A stretch of 64,000 bases of DNA from Macrostomum hystrix (lineage: Eukaryota > Animalia > Platyhelminthes). A program made the translations under genes and the position numbers. The stretch covers positions 7,750,001 through 7,814,000 of the forward strand of contig CATNEN010000025.1 of the NCBI GenBank assembly GCA_950097015.1. The letters are read 5' to 3'. How positions within the stretch are numbered: position 1 is the stretch's first letter; each line of letters starts with the position of its first letter. Positions 46,218-60,589 of this stretch are shown here, in pieces. The notes under the pieces were generated by a model. The model made no database searches, was not told the DNA's origin, and worked only from the letters and a program-made list of their open reading frames with translations.

Positions 46218-48277
46218 CGTAGGCATTCATTCTGGTGAAGTAAACTCGCTGCTTATTCAATTCAATCAGGTCTAGGAAAGTAGCTCTAACTTTTAACTTA
46301 ACATTTTCATAATTATTTTTATGAAAATGAACAAAAATAAGACTTTCATGTATTAGATGAATGAAAGCTATTTCAAGGCTTTTGCATAAACTTATTGAAA
46401 TCTTGCTTTTTTGTTTTAAAATTTTGTTTCAGATTTTAGCTTTCAATTGTGACTTTCTAGACTAGTCCCAAAAAGGTTAGCATGTTGTTAAAATTGAAAC
46501 AATCAATTATGTTAGAGTTAAAACTGTAGGAGGGCTGCAGCCTGTAGGCTAATGACATCATTTGGTGACACAAGACTCACAGCCAGTAGGAGGCAATTCT
46601 GCCATTCCATTGAGACCTATGAACATATTCTCATTTTTAGGCAGTGTACACTGTTTCACTGTGCCCTGTGCCTTCGAGGTTGGCCCTAAAGGGCATAAAT
46701 TGCAAGACAAGCCCCCAAGACTTCATTTTGTGACTACCCACCCCCAAATTTATGTGGCCTCACTATGGAATCAAGCTGAGGGATCTGGTGCAAGAGGCAA
46801 ACATGTTAAATACTCTGCCACTCACCCCTTTGCATGATATACAAATGGCATGATGGTATGATAATACTTATATAAATTTTATAGCTATTTAAACTGATAC
46901 TACAAAGTAAACTGTCTTGCTAATATTTCTAGGCTTGTGGAGTTGGAAATTATACTCCCCAACTTTCAAATAAGTAATTCTTTGGCTCTAGCAAATATGT
47001 CATTTTTGGCAATTTTTTTAGATAACAATATTTTTGATTAATGTTAAAGTATAATTCCAAGAAAAATATTTTTAGACATTGGTTTTTACAAAATAGAAAT
47101 CACTCTGAGTACTTGTTAATTAATTATAAAAACCTGAAACTAAAAGATTCTAATAATCTGTGTTAAAAAATTATGCAAATTCACAACTTAAAAAAGCCAC
47201 ATTTGTTTAAGTATTATAATGTACTATTCAAATGGCATCAAAACAGTAATTAAAAGTGGCTATAACTTGCTTATGCTCATGTTTGTACCATTTCTGTAAT
47301 ATTAGATTAAAGTCACATTCAGAATATTTTGATTTAGAGATTCCAGGTTTTCAGAAAAAAATACTGGATTTTTAGAATCTGTGATCTGCCTGAATTATTC
47401 TCACTATTAGTTGTTCTGTTTTTAATTATTATATATTTTCTTAGCTAAGCATTTTTTTGCTTATATTAAAAAGTGCTCAAATGTGGTTAGATATATAGAT
47501 TCCCAGTTACACAAACGATTGCTTTTAGCTAGCCACTGAATTGTACTCCCTGTTTCAACCAGGTTCCTCATTATTATTCATTGAAGCAATAAGTTAGAAT
47601 ATAAGGGTATTTTGTAGTTTTTTTTACTTTTTATCCTTACATTTAAAATGCTCATATTCAGCAATTTGGATTGTGATTCAGAAATTTAGTTTTTTATTCT
47701 AAATCAGTTTGTAAACTTAGAAATTTCCAGACTTGGTCCATCAATATTGTAGGTAACTATTAACATTAATTATAAAACAAAGTTTTTTAATAAATTACAA
47801 TTTTGTTCGAGTTAATTTATCTTCTCTGAACTTGTCATATAATGCATTATTTGGTCACCACTTTGAAATAAAATTACTTTAGAAAACTATCAACATATAG
47901 CTGTTTATAATGAATGAAAATGTAATTCATTGGTGATAGTTCATTCATAACCCTGAATTGTTGGCTGGGCTTTTCATAATTAGTGAAAATTACTATCTAT
48001 ATATTTCCAAACAAAAAAACGAATTTAGCATTCAGGTTTGTGTTTGAGTCTAAGTCTATACATTTTTGCAACTAAAAGCCCATATTAAAATATTTCAGTT
48101 GTTTCTTTCGGCCAAAAAACGGATCGCCAGAAGCAGCTACAGAAGCAGCAGCAGCCGCTAAAGCAGGGAGGCCAGGCTCAGAGCTAGGGTTGAGCAGCTG
48201 CTGAGAGCCTAACATCAGGGCCGGACGAAGCATAATACGAAGAATTTAGAGGCCAGGTTTAGATTCCACCAAGCTAA

Positions 48278-49684
<1,407 letters not shown>

Positions 49685-49689
49685 TAGAT

Positions 49690-50970
49690 TGTGAAGGGGC
49701 TCTTTCTAGATCCTCAGATTGGGAAGCGACTCTTTCTAGATCCTCAGATTGGGAAGCGACTCTTTCTCAGATCCTCAGATTGGGATGCGACTCTTTCTCA
49801 GATCCTCAGATTGGGAAGCGACTCTTTCTGGATCCTCAGATTGGGAAGGGACTCTTTCTCAGATCCTCAGATTGGGAAGCGACTCTTTCTGGATCCTCAG
49901 ATTGGGAAGCGACTCTTTCTAGATCCTCAGATTGGGAAGGGACTCTTTCTGGATCCTCAGATTGGGAAGGGACTCTTTCTAGATCCTCAGATTGGGAAGC
50001 GACTCTTTCTGGATCCTCAGATTGGGAAGGGACTCTTTCTCAGATCCTCAGATTGGGAAGTGACTCTTTCTAGATCCTCAGATTGAGAAGCGACTCTTTC
50101 TCAGATCCTCAGATTGGGAAGCGACTCTTTCTAGATCCTCAGATTGGGAAGGGACTCTTTCTAGATCCTCAGATTGGGAAGCGTCTCTTTCTAGATCCTC
50201 AGATTGGGAAGCGACTCTTTCTAGATCCTCAGATTGGGAAGCGACTCTTTCTAGATCCTCAGATTGGGAAGGGACTCTTTCTGGATCCTCAGATTGGGAA
50301 GGGACTCTTTCTAGATCCTCAGATTGGGAAGCGTCTCTTTCTAGATCCTCAGATTGGGAAGGGACTCTTTCTCAGATCCTCAGATTGGGAAGCGACTCTT
50401 TCTCAGATCCTCAGATTGGGAAGCGTCTCTTTCTAGATCCTCAGATTGGGAAGCGACTCTTTCTAGATCCTCAGATTGGGAAGTGACTCTTTCTAGATCC
50501 TTAGATTGGGAAGGGACTCTTTCTAGATCCTTAGATTGGGAAGGGACTCTTTCTAGATCCTTAGATTGGGAAGGGACTCTTTCTAGATCCTTAGATTGGG
50601 AAGGGACTCTTTCTAGATCCTCAGATTGGGAAGGGACTCTTTCTGGATCCTCAGATTGGGAAGGGACTCTTTCTCAGATCCTCAGATTGGGAAGCGACTC
50701 TTTCTGGATCCTCAGATTGGGAAGGGACTCTTTCTCAGATCCTCAGATTGGGAAGCCACTCTTTCTAGATCCTCAGATTGGGAAGGGACTCTTTCTCAGA
50801 TCCTTAGATTGGGAAGCGACTCTCTCAGATCCTCCGATTTTAAGGTCAACTCTTTCTCAGATCCTCAGATTGGGAAGCCACGTTTTCCTCAGATCTTGCT
50901 CAAATTTGGAAGCCCTCACTTTCCAGTTCCTCAAATTTAGAAGCCCTATCTTTTCAGATCCTCAGATTTA
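49690..50970 (+). repeat. 30/31-bp minisatellite in HIPK intron 1 (TCTTTCTAGATCCTCAGATTGGGAAGCGAC)
   Basis: About 40 copies, decaying at the 3' end. Confidence 0.96.
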
Positions 50971-51499
50971 AGAAGCCTTAAATAAAAAATGAATTGTGTG
51001 ACTAATAGTGATACGAACGTAGACAATTATTTATTTTATAAATAAGCCGAATGTAAAAAACACAGGTTCTTTTTTATTCGTCTTTCGCATGTGAAAACGT
51101 TCTACGTCACTGGTGTAGAGTAACGTAGCAATACGGCCTAATACTAGTATTGCGTTGGTTACATATTGCTCAAGCACCTGAGCACATGAACACCTTTGCC
51201 AATCACGTTTATAAGGGGCATAATTGCTGCTTTGAAAAAAAACGTGAACTGAAAAAAACAGTTCAGGGACAGGTAAAGGGGGGCAATTTTCTCCCTGTTT
51301 GTTGTCTTCATTTTCTTATACTTTCGTCTCCGTAGTAATTTTTTGTTCATGACACTCTTGAAATGGCATCTCTGATTTCGCTGTAGAGTCTATCAATATT
51401 AGTGTCAGTGACTTTGAAAATAACGTCATTAGGTTTGAAATTGGCGTTATTGTTTTAAACTGGCGTTAGTTGGCATTGAGTCGTCATTGAGTTGGAAAG

Positions 51500-51570
51500 T
51501 GACGTCATTGAGTTTTAAAATGACGTCATTGAGTTTTAAGATGACGTCATTGAGTTTTAAAATGACGTCA
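51500..51570. promoter_or_regulatory. Four perfect CRE palindromes at 21-bp spacing in HIPK intron 1
   Basis: TGACGTCA at 51500, 51521, 51542 and 51563. Confidence 0.5.
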
Positions 51571-52399
51571 CTCAGTTTAAAATGGCATCATTAGGTATAA
51601 AAATATTGAATTGCCGATTAAAAAATCAATAGGTTTTCTTTATCTTTATCTTCTCTATCTTTAGCTGTTGATATTTCTGCGAGACAATGTCAGGCACAAA
51701 CTGCAACTCGGATGCAATCTTATCTATCTGTGCTTGATTAAGTGGCCATCTTTTACAAGCGCCATACGGAGCAGACTGTGCTTTTTAGAAGAATTTATAT
51801 ATTTATAATCTACATTCGGAAATTTCATGAATTTCTGTGCCTGCGTGACGTCTGCGTGACTATAGCCTGAAAATTGGACATCCTGCTTTCGGACTTTTAT
51901 TTGCCCTTCAGTTGACCAATGAGAGGATATATAGGAGTTGAGGCCCTCTACTTGTCCCTGTACGGATTTCAGGGAAACTGCGAAGAGATTTCAATGCTGC
52001 GCTCATGTATGGTATGAAAAAAGTGTATGCAATCGGGATATGTGGGGAGACGGGGCAGAACGTGATAAAGTAGGGACTAACCTAGAAGATTGGCAAGACG
52101 AAATATCGGAACGAGAACTAAATTTAGAAAAGGCAGAGGAATGTTTGTTAAAGATATGACTGTAGGAATACTTAACTAAGCCCTTTAATCCCAGGCTCCT
52201 AGTCCGTGTTCTCGATGCCAAGCTACTTCTGATAGTCTGTATCGATAACATTTCAATTTATTATAAGTCATGCATTCAATAAAATTCTACGCGGAGTTAA
52301 ACAAATTTAAAAGTCCCAATTTCATCGCTATAGAAAACTTATCCCGCTGCCTAAACATGTCGCAGATTCTTTTATGGAAAAATATATTTCGTTCCTTGA

Positions 52400-52875
52400 A
52401 TACGGCTCGTATCCCAGTTTCTTTCTTAGAAAACCCCATTGTGTTCCCTAAAAACGAAGTTTGTTTGATTGAAACACAAATACATTTTTAATATCCCAGT
52501 TTCTTACCTAGAAACTCCATTCCGTTCCAGAAATAACATTGTTTTCCCAAAATCGCAATTTATTTTTTCGTGTTTTCGAGTTTTGTTCTTAGAAAATCCT
52601 ATTCTGGTTCCAAAAAATCATTTTCTTGGAAAAAAACTCTCCCGTTTCCAAAATATCCCAGTTTCTTTGGTGGAAAACCATACTCATTTCTATTATGTCC
52701 TAGTTTCTTTCCTAGAAAACCCTACCAAGTTTCTGAAATATCCCTGTTTCTTTCCAGGAAAACCCTATTCCGTTTCCAAAATATCCCCTTTTCTTTCCTA
52801 GAAAACCCTATTCCGTTTCCAAAATATCCCCTTTTCTTTCCTGGAAAACCCTATTCCGTTTCCAAAATATCTCAA
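52400..52875 (+). repeat. ~43-bp degenerate minisatellite near the HIPK intron 1 acceptor
   Basis: Unit GAAAACCCTATTCCGTTTCCAAAATATCCCCTTTTCTTTCCTA, best conserved at 52750-52875. Confidence 0.8.
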
Positions 52876-52999
52876 GCCGTTCCGAAAAAATGTTATATAA
52901 AAAACGTTTAAAAAGTCACTGTATTTTTTTAAATCTAAACCTAATTCCTCGAAATCCCAGTTTTCATTCCCAAATCCCAACCGCCGCCATTTCCCTCAG

Positions 53000-53362
53000 A
53001 TCCGCTACATCGTGGAGACGCAGGGCTACCCGCCGGCCGCACTGCTGAAGGTGGCCCGCAAGACCAACTGTTTCTTCAGTCGGCACCCGTATAGTTACGA
53101 ATATCAGCTAAAATCTCCGGAGCAATACCTGGCCGAGAGTAACGTGCGCAGCAAGGAGGTGCGCAAATTTAAATTGGCCGGCCTGGACCAGATTCGCGAC
53201 GTCACGCCGGTCAGCTCGGCCGAGCCCGACGCCGATTTGGAGCGCGCCGATCGGGTCCAATTCAGCGCCCTGCTCAAGAAAATGCTCTGCCTGGAGGGCA
53301 AGCTGCGCATATGCCCGGATGAGGCTATCGCGCATCCATACATCACAATGCCCCATCTGCAG
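53000..53362 (+). CDS. HIPK: HIPK coding exon 2 (end of kinase domain)
   Basis: Acceptor TTCCCTCAG|ATC. Translates IRYIVETQGYP...ERADRVQFSALLKKML...RICPDEAIAHPYITMPHL. Donor CTGCAG|GTGCGT. Confidence 0.93.
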
Positions 53363-53419
53363 GTGCGTCTAGTTCATACTCCTTCGTACTGTCTTCCCCT
53401 CTACCCCGCCTTCTTACCC

Positions 53420-53605
53420 TGTGTCCTTCTTTCTTCCCATCTATCTTTCTTCCCATCTTTCTTTCTTCCCATCTTTCTTTCTTCCCATCTATCTTTCTTC
53501 CCATCTATCTTTCTTCCCATCTATCTTTCTTCCCATCTATCTTTCTTCCCATCTATCTTTCTTCCCATCTATCTTTCTTCCCATATTTATTTATTCCCAT
53601 CTATC
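53420..53605 (+). repeat. 16-bp pyrimidine-rich minisatellite in HIPK intron 2
   Basis: Unit CCCATCTATCTTTCTT. Confidence 0.92.
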
Positions 53606-53747
53606 CTTCTTACCTCCCTCTATCCTTAATTCTTCCCATCTTTAATTCTCCCCCTCAGTTCCAAATTATTCGTAAAAAAATTCTGTGCAACATAATTAAA
53701 TAATCTTCCTGCTAATGATGTGTTTCATAAAATCCTAAAATCTGCAG

Positions 53748-54783
53748 CGCTGGCCGCAGTCCCAGCTGTGCATGGAATCGGAAACTCTCATGCAGGTCTG
53801 CTACAGGCAGCCGGCCCCCTGCTTGCAGCCGCGTCTGCCTCAGCTGCAGCGGCAGTTGACTCCGCCAACTAGCGCCGATCTAACCAGCTTGCTGACTCCC
53901 GTCTATTACAATCCGGTCACTTCCTCAGTTGTTGTCCCAGTCGCTGCTGCGCCGCCTCCTCCACCGCCGCCGCCTCCGCCTCCGGCTCAGTCTGGACCGC
54001 CGGTGTCCGCAGCCGCAGCCGCTGCAGCTGCAGCAGCGGCGGCCGCCGCCGCCGCCGCGTCGGATCCTCTGTCCGCTTTCTACATCTCGCTGCCACCGCT
54101 GACGTATGGCCTGGCGGCCGCTCAGAAGGCGGCTGCTCTGCAACGCGCCGCTGCCCTGTACCAGGCGGCCACCTTTGCTGTTCCGCTGGCTGCCGCTAAC
54201 AGTCTGCTGAATGGTGTCAATCCCCTGTCACTAGCAGCCGCTGCTGCCACAGCCACCAACGCGCCGGATCCGTGGGGCGCCGCTGCAGCCGCTGCCGCTG
54301 CCGCTGCTCAACAGTATCAGCAGCAGCAGCAACAGCAACAGCACAATCCTGCTGCTAGCTATGCCACCTCCACTGTGGTATCATCTTCCAACACTCAGTG
54401 GCCAGCGCCAATAAGCAGCAGTGCCATCGCTTATCATCAGCCTATGCACCTAGCTCAGCAGCAGCAGCAGCACTGCTACAGTCATCATCAGCAGCAGCAG
54501 CATCATCATCCGGCTATTGCTGGCGGTTCACCTGGACACCAGCTCTATCCGCTTGGAGGCCGTTCGGACAGCTCGTCAGACGATGGCGCCTCCTTTGTAG
54601 CCGCCGCCGCCGCTGCCGCCGCAGCTGCTGCCACCGCCGCCTACCAGCATCACCTGCCAGCCAGCTCGCACGCTGCGCATCTTCATCACCATCATCATCA
54701 TCAGCAGCACCATCACCAGCAACAGTTACCGACTTCATTTCACGGTTATCCAACTACCGCTTCGAGCAGGCAGCACCACAGGC
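53748..54783 (+). CDS. HIPK: HIPK coding exon 3 (Pro/Ala/Gln/His-rich tail)
   Basis: Acceptor AAATCTGCAG|CGC, in frame. Translates SQLCMESETLMQVCYR then low complexity. Probable donor AGGC|GTACGT at 54783/54784. Confidence 0.75.
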
Positions 54784-54849
54784 GTACGTTTTTTATTCCA
54801 ACTCATCCAGTTTTCACTCATTCAAACAGTTTTCCCCGTCCAACCTTAT

Positions 54850-56025
54850 TTATCCCATTCCATCCCCATTCATCCCATTGCATCCATATTCTATCCCATT
54901 TATCCCACCCATCCCTATTAAATTCCCATTCCATTCCCTTTTATCCCATTCCATTCCAATTTATAACATTCCATCCCCATTCATCTCATTGCATCCATAT
55001 TCTATCCCATTTATCCCACCCCATGCCTATTAAATTCCTTCCATTCCCTTTTAATCCCATTCCATTCCAATTTATCACATTCCATCCCCATTTATAACAT
55101 TCCATCCCCATTTATAACATTCCATCCCCATTTATAACATTCCATCCCCATTTATAACATTCAATCCCCAATTATAACATTCCATCCCCATTTATAACAT
55201 TCAATCCCCATTTATAACATTCCATCCCCATTTATAACATTCCATCCCCAATTATAACATTCCATCCCCATTTATAACATTCCATCCCCATTATAACATT
55301 CCATCCCCATTTATAACATTCCATCCCCATTTATAACATTCCATCCCCATTTATAACATTCCATCCCCATTTATAACATTCCATCCCCATTTATAACATT
55401 CCATCCCCATTCATCTAATTGCATCCATATTCTATCCCATTTATTCCACCCCATGCCTATTAAATTCCTTCCATTCCCTTTTATCCCATTCCATTCCAAT
55501 TTATCACATTCCATCCCAATTTATAACATTCCATCCCCATTTATAACATTCCATCCCCATTTATAACATTCCATCCCCATTTATAACATTCAATCCCCAT
55601 TTATAACATTCCATCCCCATTTATAACATTCCATCCCAATTTATAACATTCCATCCCCATTTATAACATTCCATCCCCATTTATAACATTCCATCCCCAT
55701 TTATAACATTCAATCCCCATTTATAACATTCCATCCCCATTTATAACATTCCATCCCCATTTATAACATTCCATCCCCATTTATAACATTCCATCCCCAT
55801 TTATAACATTCCATCCCCATTTATAACATTCCATCCCCATTTATAACATTCCATCCCCATTTATAACATTCCATCCCCATTTATAACATTCAATCCCCAT
55901 TTATAACATTCCATCCCCATTTATAACATTCCATCCCCATTTATAACATTCCATCCCCATTTATAACATTCCATCCCCATCTATAACATTCCATCCCCAT
56001 TTATCACATTCCATGCCCATTTATC
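54850..56025 (+). repeat. 20-bp minisatellite in HIPK intron 3 (TTTATAACATTCCATCCCCA)
   Basis: Two blocks separated by a repeated ~100-bp spacer. Confidence 0.95.
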
Positions 56026-56083
56026 CCATTCAATCCTCGCCCACATTTAAATGTCAAATAAGCGAACGATTCCCGCTGCACAG

Positions 56084-56227
56084 ATTTATCCCAAGTATCC
56101 GTCTGATCCCACAGAGCCAGTCCAGGTGGCTGTCTGCCATCCGTTCAGCGTCAACAAGGAGGATCCCTACGCAGCCGCTGCCGCAGCCGCCGGGCTTTGC
56201 CCAGTCACTCTGCACAGTCTGCAGTGA
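56084..56227 (+). CDS. HIPK: Probable HIPK terminal exon (reading frame uncertain)
   Basis: Acceptor CTGCACAG|ATT in a GC-rich island. The phase-0 frame gives IYPKYP...YAAAAAAAG...LQ*, but the phase-1 donor at 54783 would give HLSQVSV*. Confidence 0.4.
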   Translation: MYPKYPSDPTEPVQVAVCHPFSVNKEDPYAAAAAAAGLCPVTLHSLQ

Positions 56228-56749
56228 CCCCGGATGGTCCCTATCTGAAAGTGAGGAAGTAGGAAAACCGTTTTCTCAGTTTTTCTGCCTTGGCGTATCG
56301 ATAAATCGACGTACTCTTAAAGGCTAGGGCTGACTAAAGTAATAGCAATCGGAAATATAATTGACCATCTATTTGATAAATTCGCTTGACATCCTCTAAT
56401 CTTTGTGTTTGTTTACCTTATCAACCAATTCATATTATTTATATCGTTTTTTTATTCGTATTGTTACCGGTTTCGCGTTGGTCTGCTCGCAGAAAATTTG
56501 CACTTTTATTAATTAATCGCTGTCATCCTTGTTTAGCCTCTCCTCATAGCTTTCTTACTCAAGGTAGTTTTTTGGGGGGAAATATGTATGCTTCTTTCAC
56601 TCATATTTTCCGCTTTTTTGCCCTGCCGCGCAGTTTCCTTTAATTATCGCCAATTTGCCACACTGGCCTGTATCGTGTGCTTACTTTTTTAGTTTCATCT
56701 ATGCTGTCTTTATTGTTTACTGTCGCCAATTGTGGCAACAAAGGGCGAC

Positions 56750-57480
56750 TCACTTCTCTTGTTCTCCCATTCTTCCCAACCTGTTCTGATATTCTCCCAT
56801 TCTTCCCAACCTGTTCTCCCACTCTCCCCAACCTGTTCTGATATTCTCCCATTCTCCCCAACCTGTTCTGATATTCTCCCATTCTTCCCAACCTGTTCTC
56901 CCACTCTCCCCAACCTGTTCTCCCACTCTCCCCAACCTGTTCTGATATTCTCCCATTCTCCCCAACCTGTTCTGATATTCTCCCATTCTCCCCAACCTGT
57001 TCTCCCACTCTCCCCAACCTGTTCTGATATTCTCCCATTCTTCCCAACCTGTTCTCCCACTCTCCCCAACCTGTTCTGATATTCTCCCATTCTCCCCAAC
57101 CTGTTCTGATATTCTCCCATTCTTCCCAACCTGTTCTCCCATTCTCCCCAACCTGTTCTGATATTCTCCCATTCTCCCCAACCTGTTCTGATATTCTCCC
57201 ATTCTCCCCAACCTGTTCTGATATTCTCCCATTCTCCCCAACCTGTTCTGATATTCTCCCATTCTCCCCAACCTGTTCTGATATTCTCCCATTCTCCCCA
57301 ACCTGTTCTGATATTCTCCCATTCTTCCCAACCTCTTCTCCCATTCTCCCCAACCTGTTCTGATATTCTCCCATTCTTCCCAACCTGTTGTCATATTCTC
57401 CCATTATCCCCAACCTGTTCGCTCATTCTCCCATTCTCCCCAACCTGTTCTCCCATTCTTCTCATCCTATTCTACCATTC
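56750..57480 (+). repeat. 30/21-bp minisatellite downstream of HIPK
   Basis: Unit CCAACCTGTTCTGATATTCTCCCATTCTCC. Confidence 0.95.
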
Positions 57481-58282
57481 TTTCCAATATTCTTATCCCA
57501 TTTTCTTAATTTTTACCCCAATAAAAAAGCCAAACCGAAGTAAATTTTCCCGTCACTGAGTTGAATAAGGTATGCTTATTTTATACACGTTCGTGTACAC
57601 AATATTAAAATAAAAAAACGAAAAAAAGGTACATGTGACGTACTTAATTATTTTTCCTAAAACGCTTTTAAAATAATTTGGCACCTTCGTTATTTCGCTC
57701 TTATTGTGTACTGTACTAACACATTGTTTAACTGTTTATAAGGCCAAGACTTTCCGCTTGTGTTTGTCGTCTGGGTGGCAGTTTTTTGGGTTAATGGGGG
57801 GGATTTATTTTGTGATAAATTTTGTGGCTTTTCACTTGAGATTTTGGGTTACAACGGCCGTAACATACTACTGGCCAACATTCAGCAGTAGCGCGCTTGG
57901 CTTATTGTTGTACAAATTGTTTTATTTTGCACAAAGAACGATTGCGTTTTTTCGGTGCAGCCTCAGGCCTTGTTTTGTTTTTTTCCACGTTTTTTCTCAA
58001 TCTATAAACAAAAATTCCAACTGTTTGCTTTCTTGTTTGCTTTTTTCTGCGTCTTGTACATTGTAAAGCTACTTTGAGTGTATCATTTTTTGCGTCGTTT
58101 CATTTTTCTCACACTTTTTATTTCCGGCGTCCTCTTCTTTCCTTCTTTCTCCGTTTCGTTCTGTGTGAGAAAGGAAGAGCAGCAGTTTATTCTATGAAGA
58201 AAATGTTGTGCACGTGCTTATATGTTAATCGCATTGCTCAAAGTAACATAGCTAATTTGTCAAATGAGTTTTTTGACAAAAA

Positions 58283-60100
58283 AATCGAAAAATCGGCTTG
58301 AATGTGCACCTTGGCGCGTCTGTTCGCTTTTTATGTCAGCTACCGCCTGCCTAGTTGTTCTTGAGTAGCTTTTGTGTGTTATCCATAAACCCCTAACTTC
58401 TTGATCCCTAAACTTATAATCCGTAAACTTATTATCCCTAAACTTATTATCCCTAAACTTATTATCCCTAAACTTATTATCCCTAAACTTATAATCCCTA
58501 AACTTATTATCCTTAAACTTATTATCCCTGAACCTTATACCCCTAAACTTTATAATCCCTAAACTTTATAACCCCTAAACTTTATAATCCCTAAACTTTT
58601 TAATTCCTAAACTTTATAATCCCTAAACACCACAGGCACTAAACATCATGATCCCTAAACACAAAGGTCACTAAACATCATGATCCCTAAATATGATCCC
58701 TAAACACAAAGGTCACTAAACATCATGATCCCTAAATATGATCCCTAAACACAAAGGTCACTAAACATCATGATCCCTAAACTTCATAAACGCAAAACTT
58801 AAGAATTCCCAAAATCAAAATTCCATTTAAAGTCCTCTGATTGTTTGCCATTCTCCCAAAATAGTCGTCGTCTTTCATTTGCAGTCCTCTCCCACAATAA
58901 TTGTTCCTTTGATTAATTTTATAAGCGCTGAGCTTACTCTTGCTGCCGTGTTATAATTAATTATAACAAAACGGTGTATACTTTTAATTGCCTTAGTTTT
59001 GCGCATTAGTTTTCGTGTATTTTTCTCTCTAGACATATCCATAAAAAACAAATTTTTCCTGCGAGTAAATTTTCTGTTTAACTGTAACTTAGTAGGTTGT
59101 GGCTGCTCCAATATGAAATCCCGCTTGCACAATCGAAAAATCGGCTTGAATGTGCACCTTGGCGCGTCTGTTCGCTTTTTATGTCAGCTACCGCCTGCCT
59201 AGTTGTTCTTGAGTAGCTTTTGTGTGTTATCCATAAACCCCTAACTTCTTGATCCCTAAACTTATAATCCGTAAACTTATTATCCCTAAACTTATTATCC
59301 CTAAACTTATAATCCCTAAACTTATTATCCCTAAACTTATTATCCCTAAATATGATCCCTAAACATCATGATCTCTAAACATCATGATCTCTAAACATCA
59401 TGATCCCTAAATATGATCCCTAAACATCATGATCCCTAAATATGATCCCTAAACATCATGATCCCTAAACATCATGATCCCTAAATATGATCCCTAAACA
59501 TCATGATCTCTAAACATCATGATCCCTAAATATGATCCCTAAACATCATGATCCCTAAATATGATCCCTAAACATCATGATCCCTAAACACAAAAGTCAC
59601 TTAACATCATGATCCCTAAACACAAAAGTCCCTAAACATCATGATCCCTAAACATCATGATCCCTAAACACAAAAGTCCCTAAACATCATGATCCATAAA
59701 CATCATGATCCCTAAACACAAAGGTCACTAAACATCATGATCCCTAAACTTCATAAACGCAAAACTTAAGAATTCCCAAAATCAAAATTCCATTTAAAGT
59801 CCTCTGATTGTTTGCCATTCTCCCAAAATAGTCGTCGTCTTTCATTTGCAGTCCTCTCCCACAATAATTGTTCCTTTGATTAATTTTATAAGCGCTGAGC
59901 TTACTCTTGCTGCCGTGTTATAATTAATTATAACAAAACGGTGTATACTTTTAATTGCCTTAGTTTTGCGCATTAGTTTTCGTGTATTTTTCTCTCTAGA
60001 CATATCCATAAAAAACAAATTTTTCCTGCGAGTAAATTTTCTGTTTAACTGTAACTTAGTAGGTTGTGGCTGCTCCAATATGAAATCCCGCTTGCACAAT
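58283..60100 (+). repeat. Head-to-tail duplication (58283-59133 and 59131-60100), each copy holding CCCTAAA-based arrays
   Basis: Matching heads (AATCGAAAAATCGGCTTGAATGTGCACC...) and tails (identical ORFs 58875-59132 and 59842-60099). AAT microhomology at the junction. Confidence 0.93.
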
Positions 60101-60589
60101 TTTCGATCTTTTATTTGTCAATTTAGTTTTCACCTGTTTATTTTTATATATCTGCTGTCTAACACAACACTAGCTATTTGTGCTCTACTGTCACTGTGAG
60201 ACACTATTTTAGTTTAAACTCGGTCAATGAGAGCTAGATTGATTAACATCTCTGTGTGCTCTCTGTGTGTTGGTGTGTCTGTGTGTGTTTCCGTGAACCG
60301 TTTACCTCCTGATTTAAAAGCTGAAACAATTAAGCTATACGTATGCAAATCTATGCATAAACATATATGCATATATATCTACATACACGTTATTATTATC
60401 AATACAAATAAGTGAAAATATACTGACCTGTCTTCATCGACCTGTAGAATGTCCACGATTGTGTGGCCTCTTTACCGCCCATATTTTGCACTATATCGCT
60501 GTCGCGGTATCGTCATCAGACACAAAGCGTACTGTTATTGCCTTCTGGGACTCTGATAGATTTTTATTTGCTGCCGTCTCACCTTATAA

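Noticed and set aside
58400-59750. True telomere or interstitial (TTAGGG)n tract
   Set aside because: CCCTAA occurs once per 13-30-bp unit, never as a pure hexamer run.
58875-60099. Duplicated 85-aa ORF as a protein-coding gene
   Set aside because: TTG start, AT-rich, no recognisable motif or splice signals; it simply marks the duplication.
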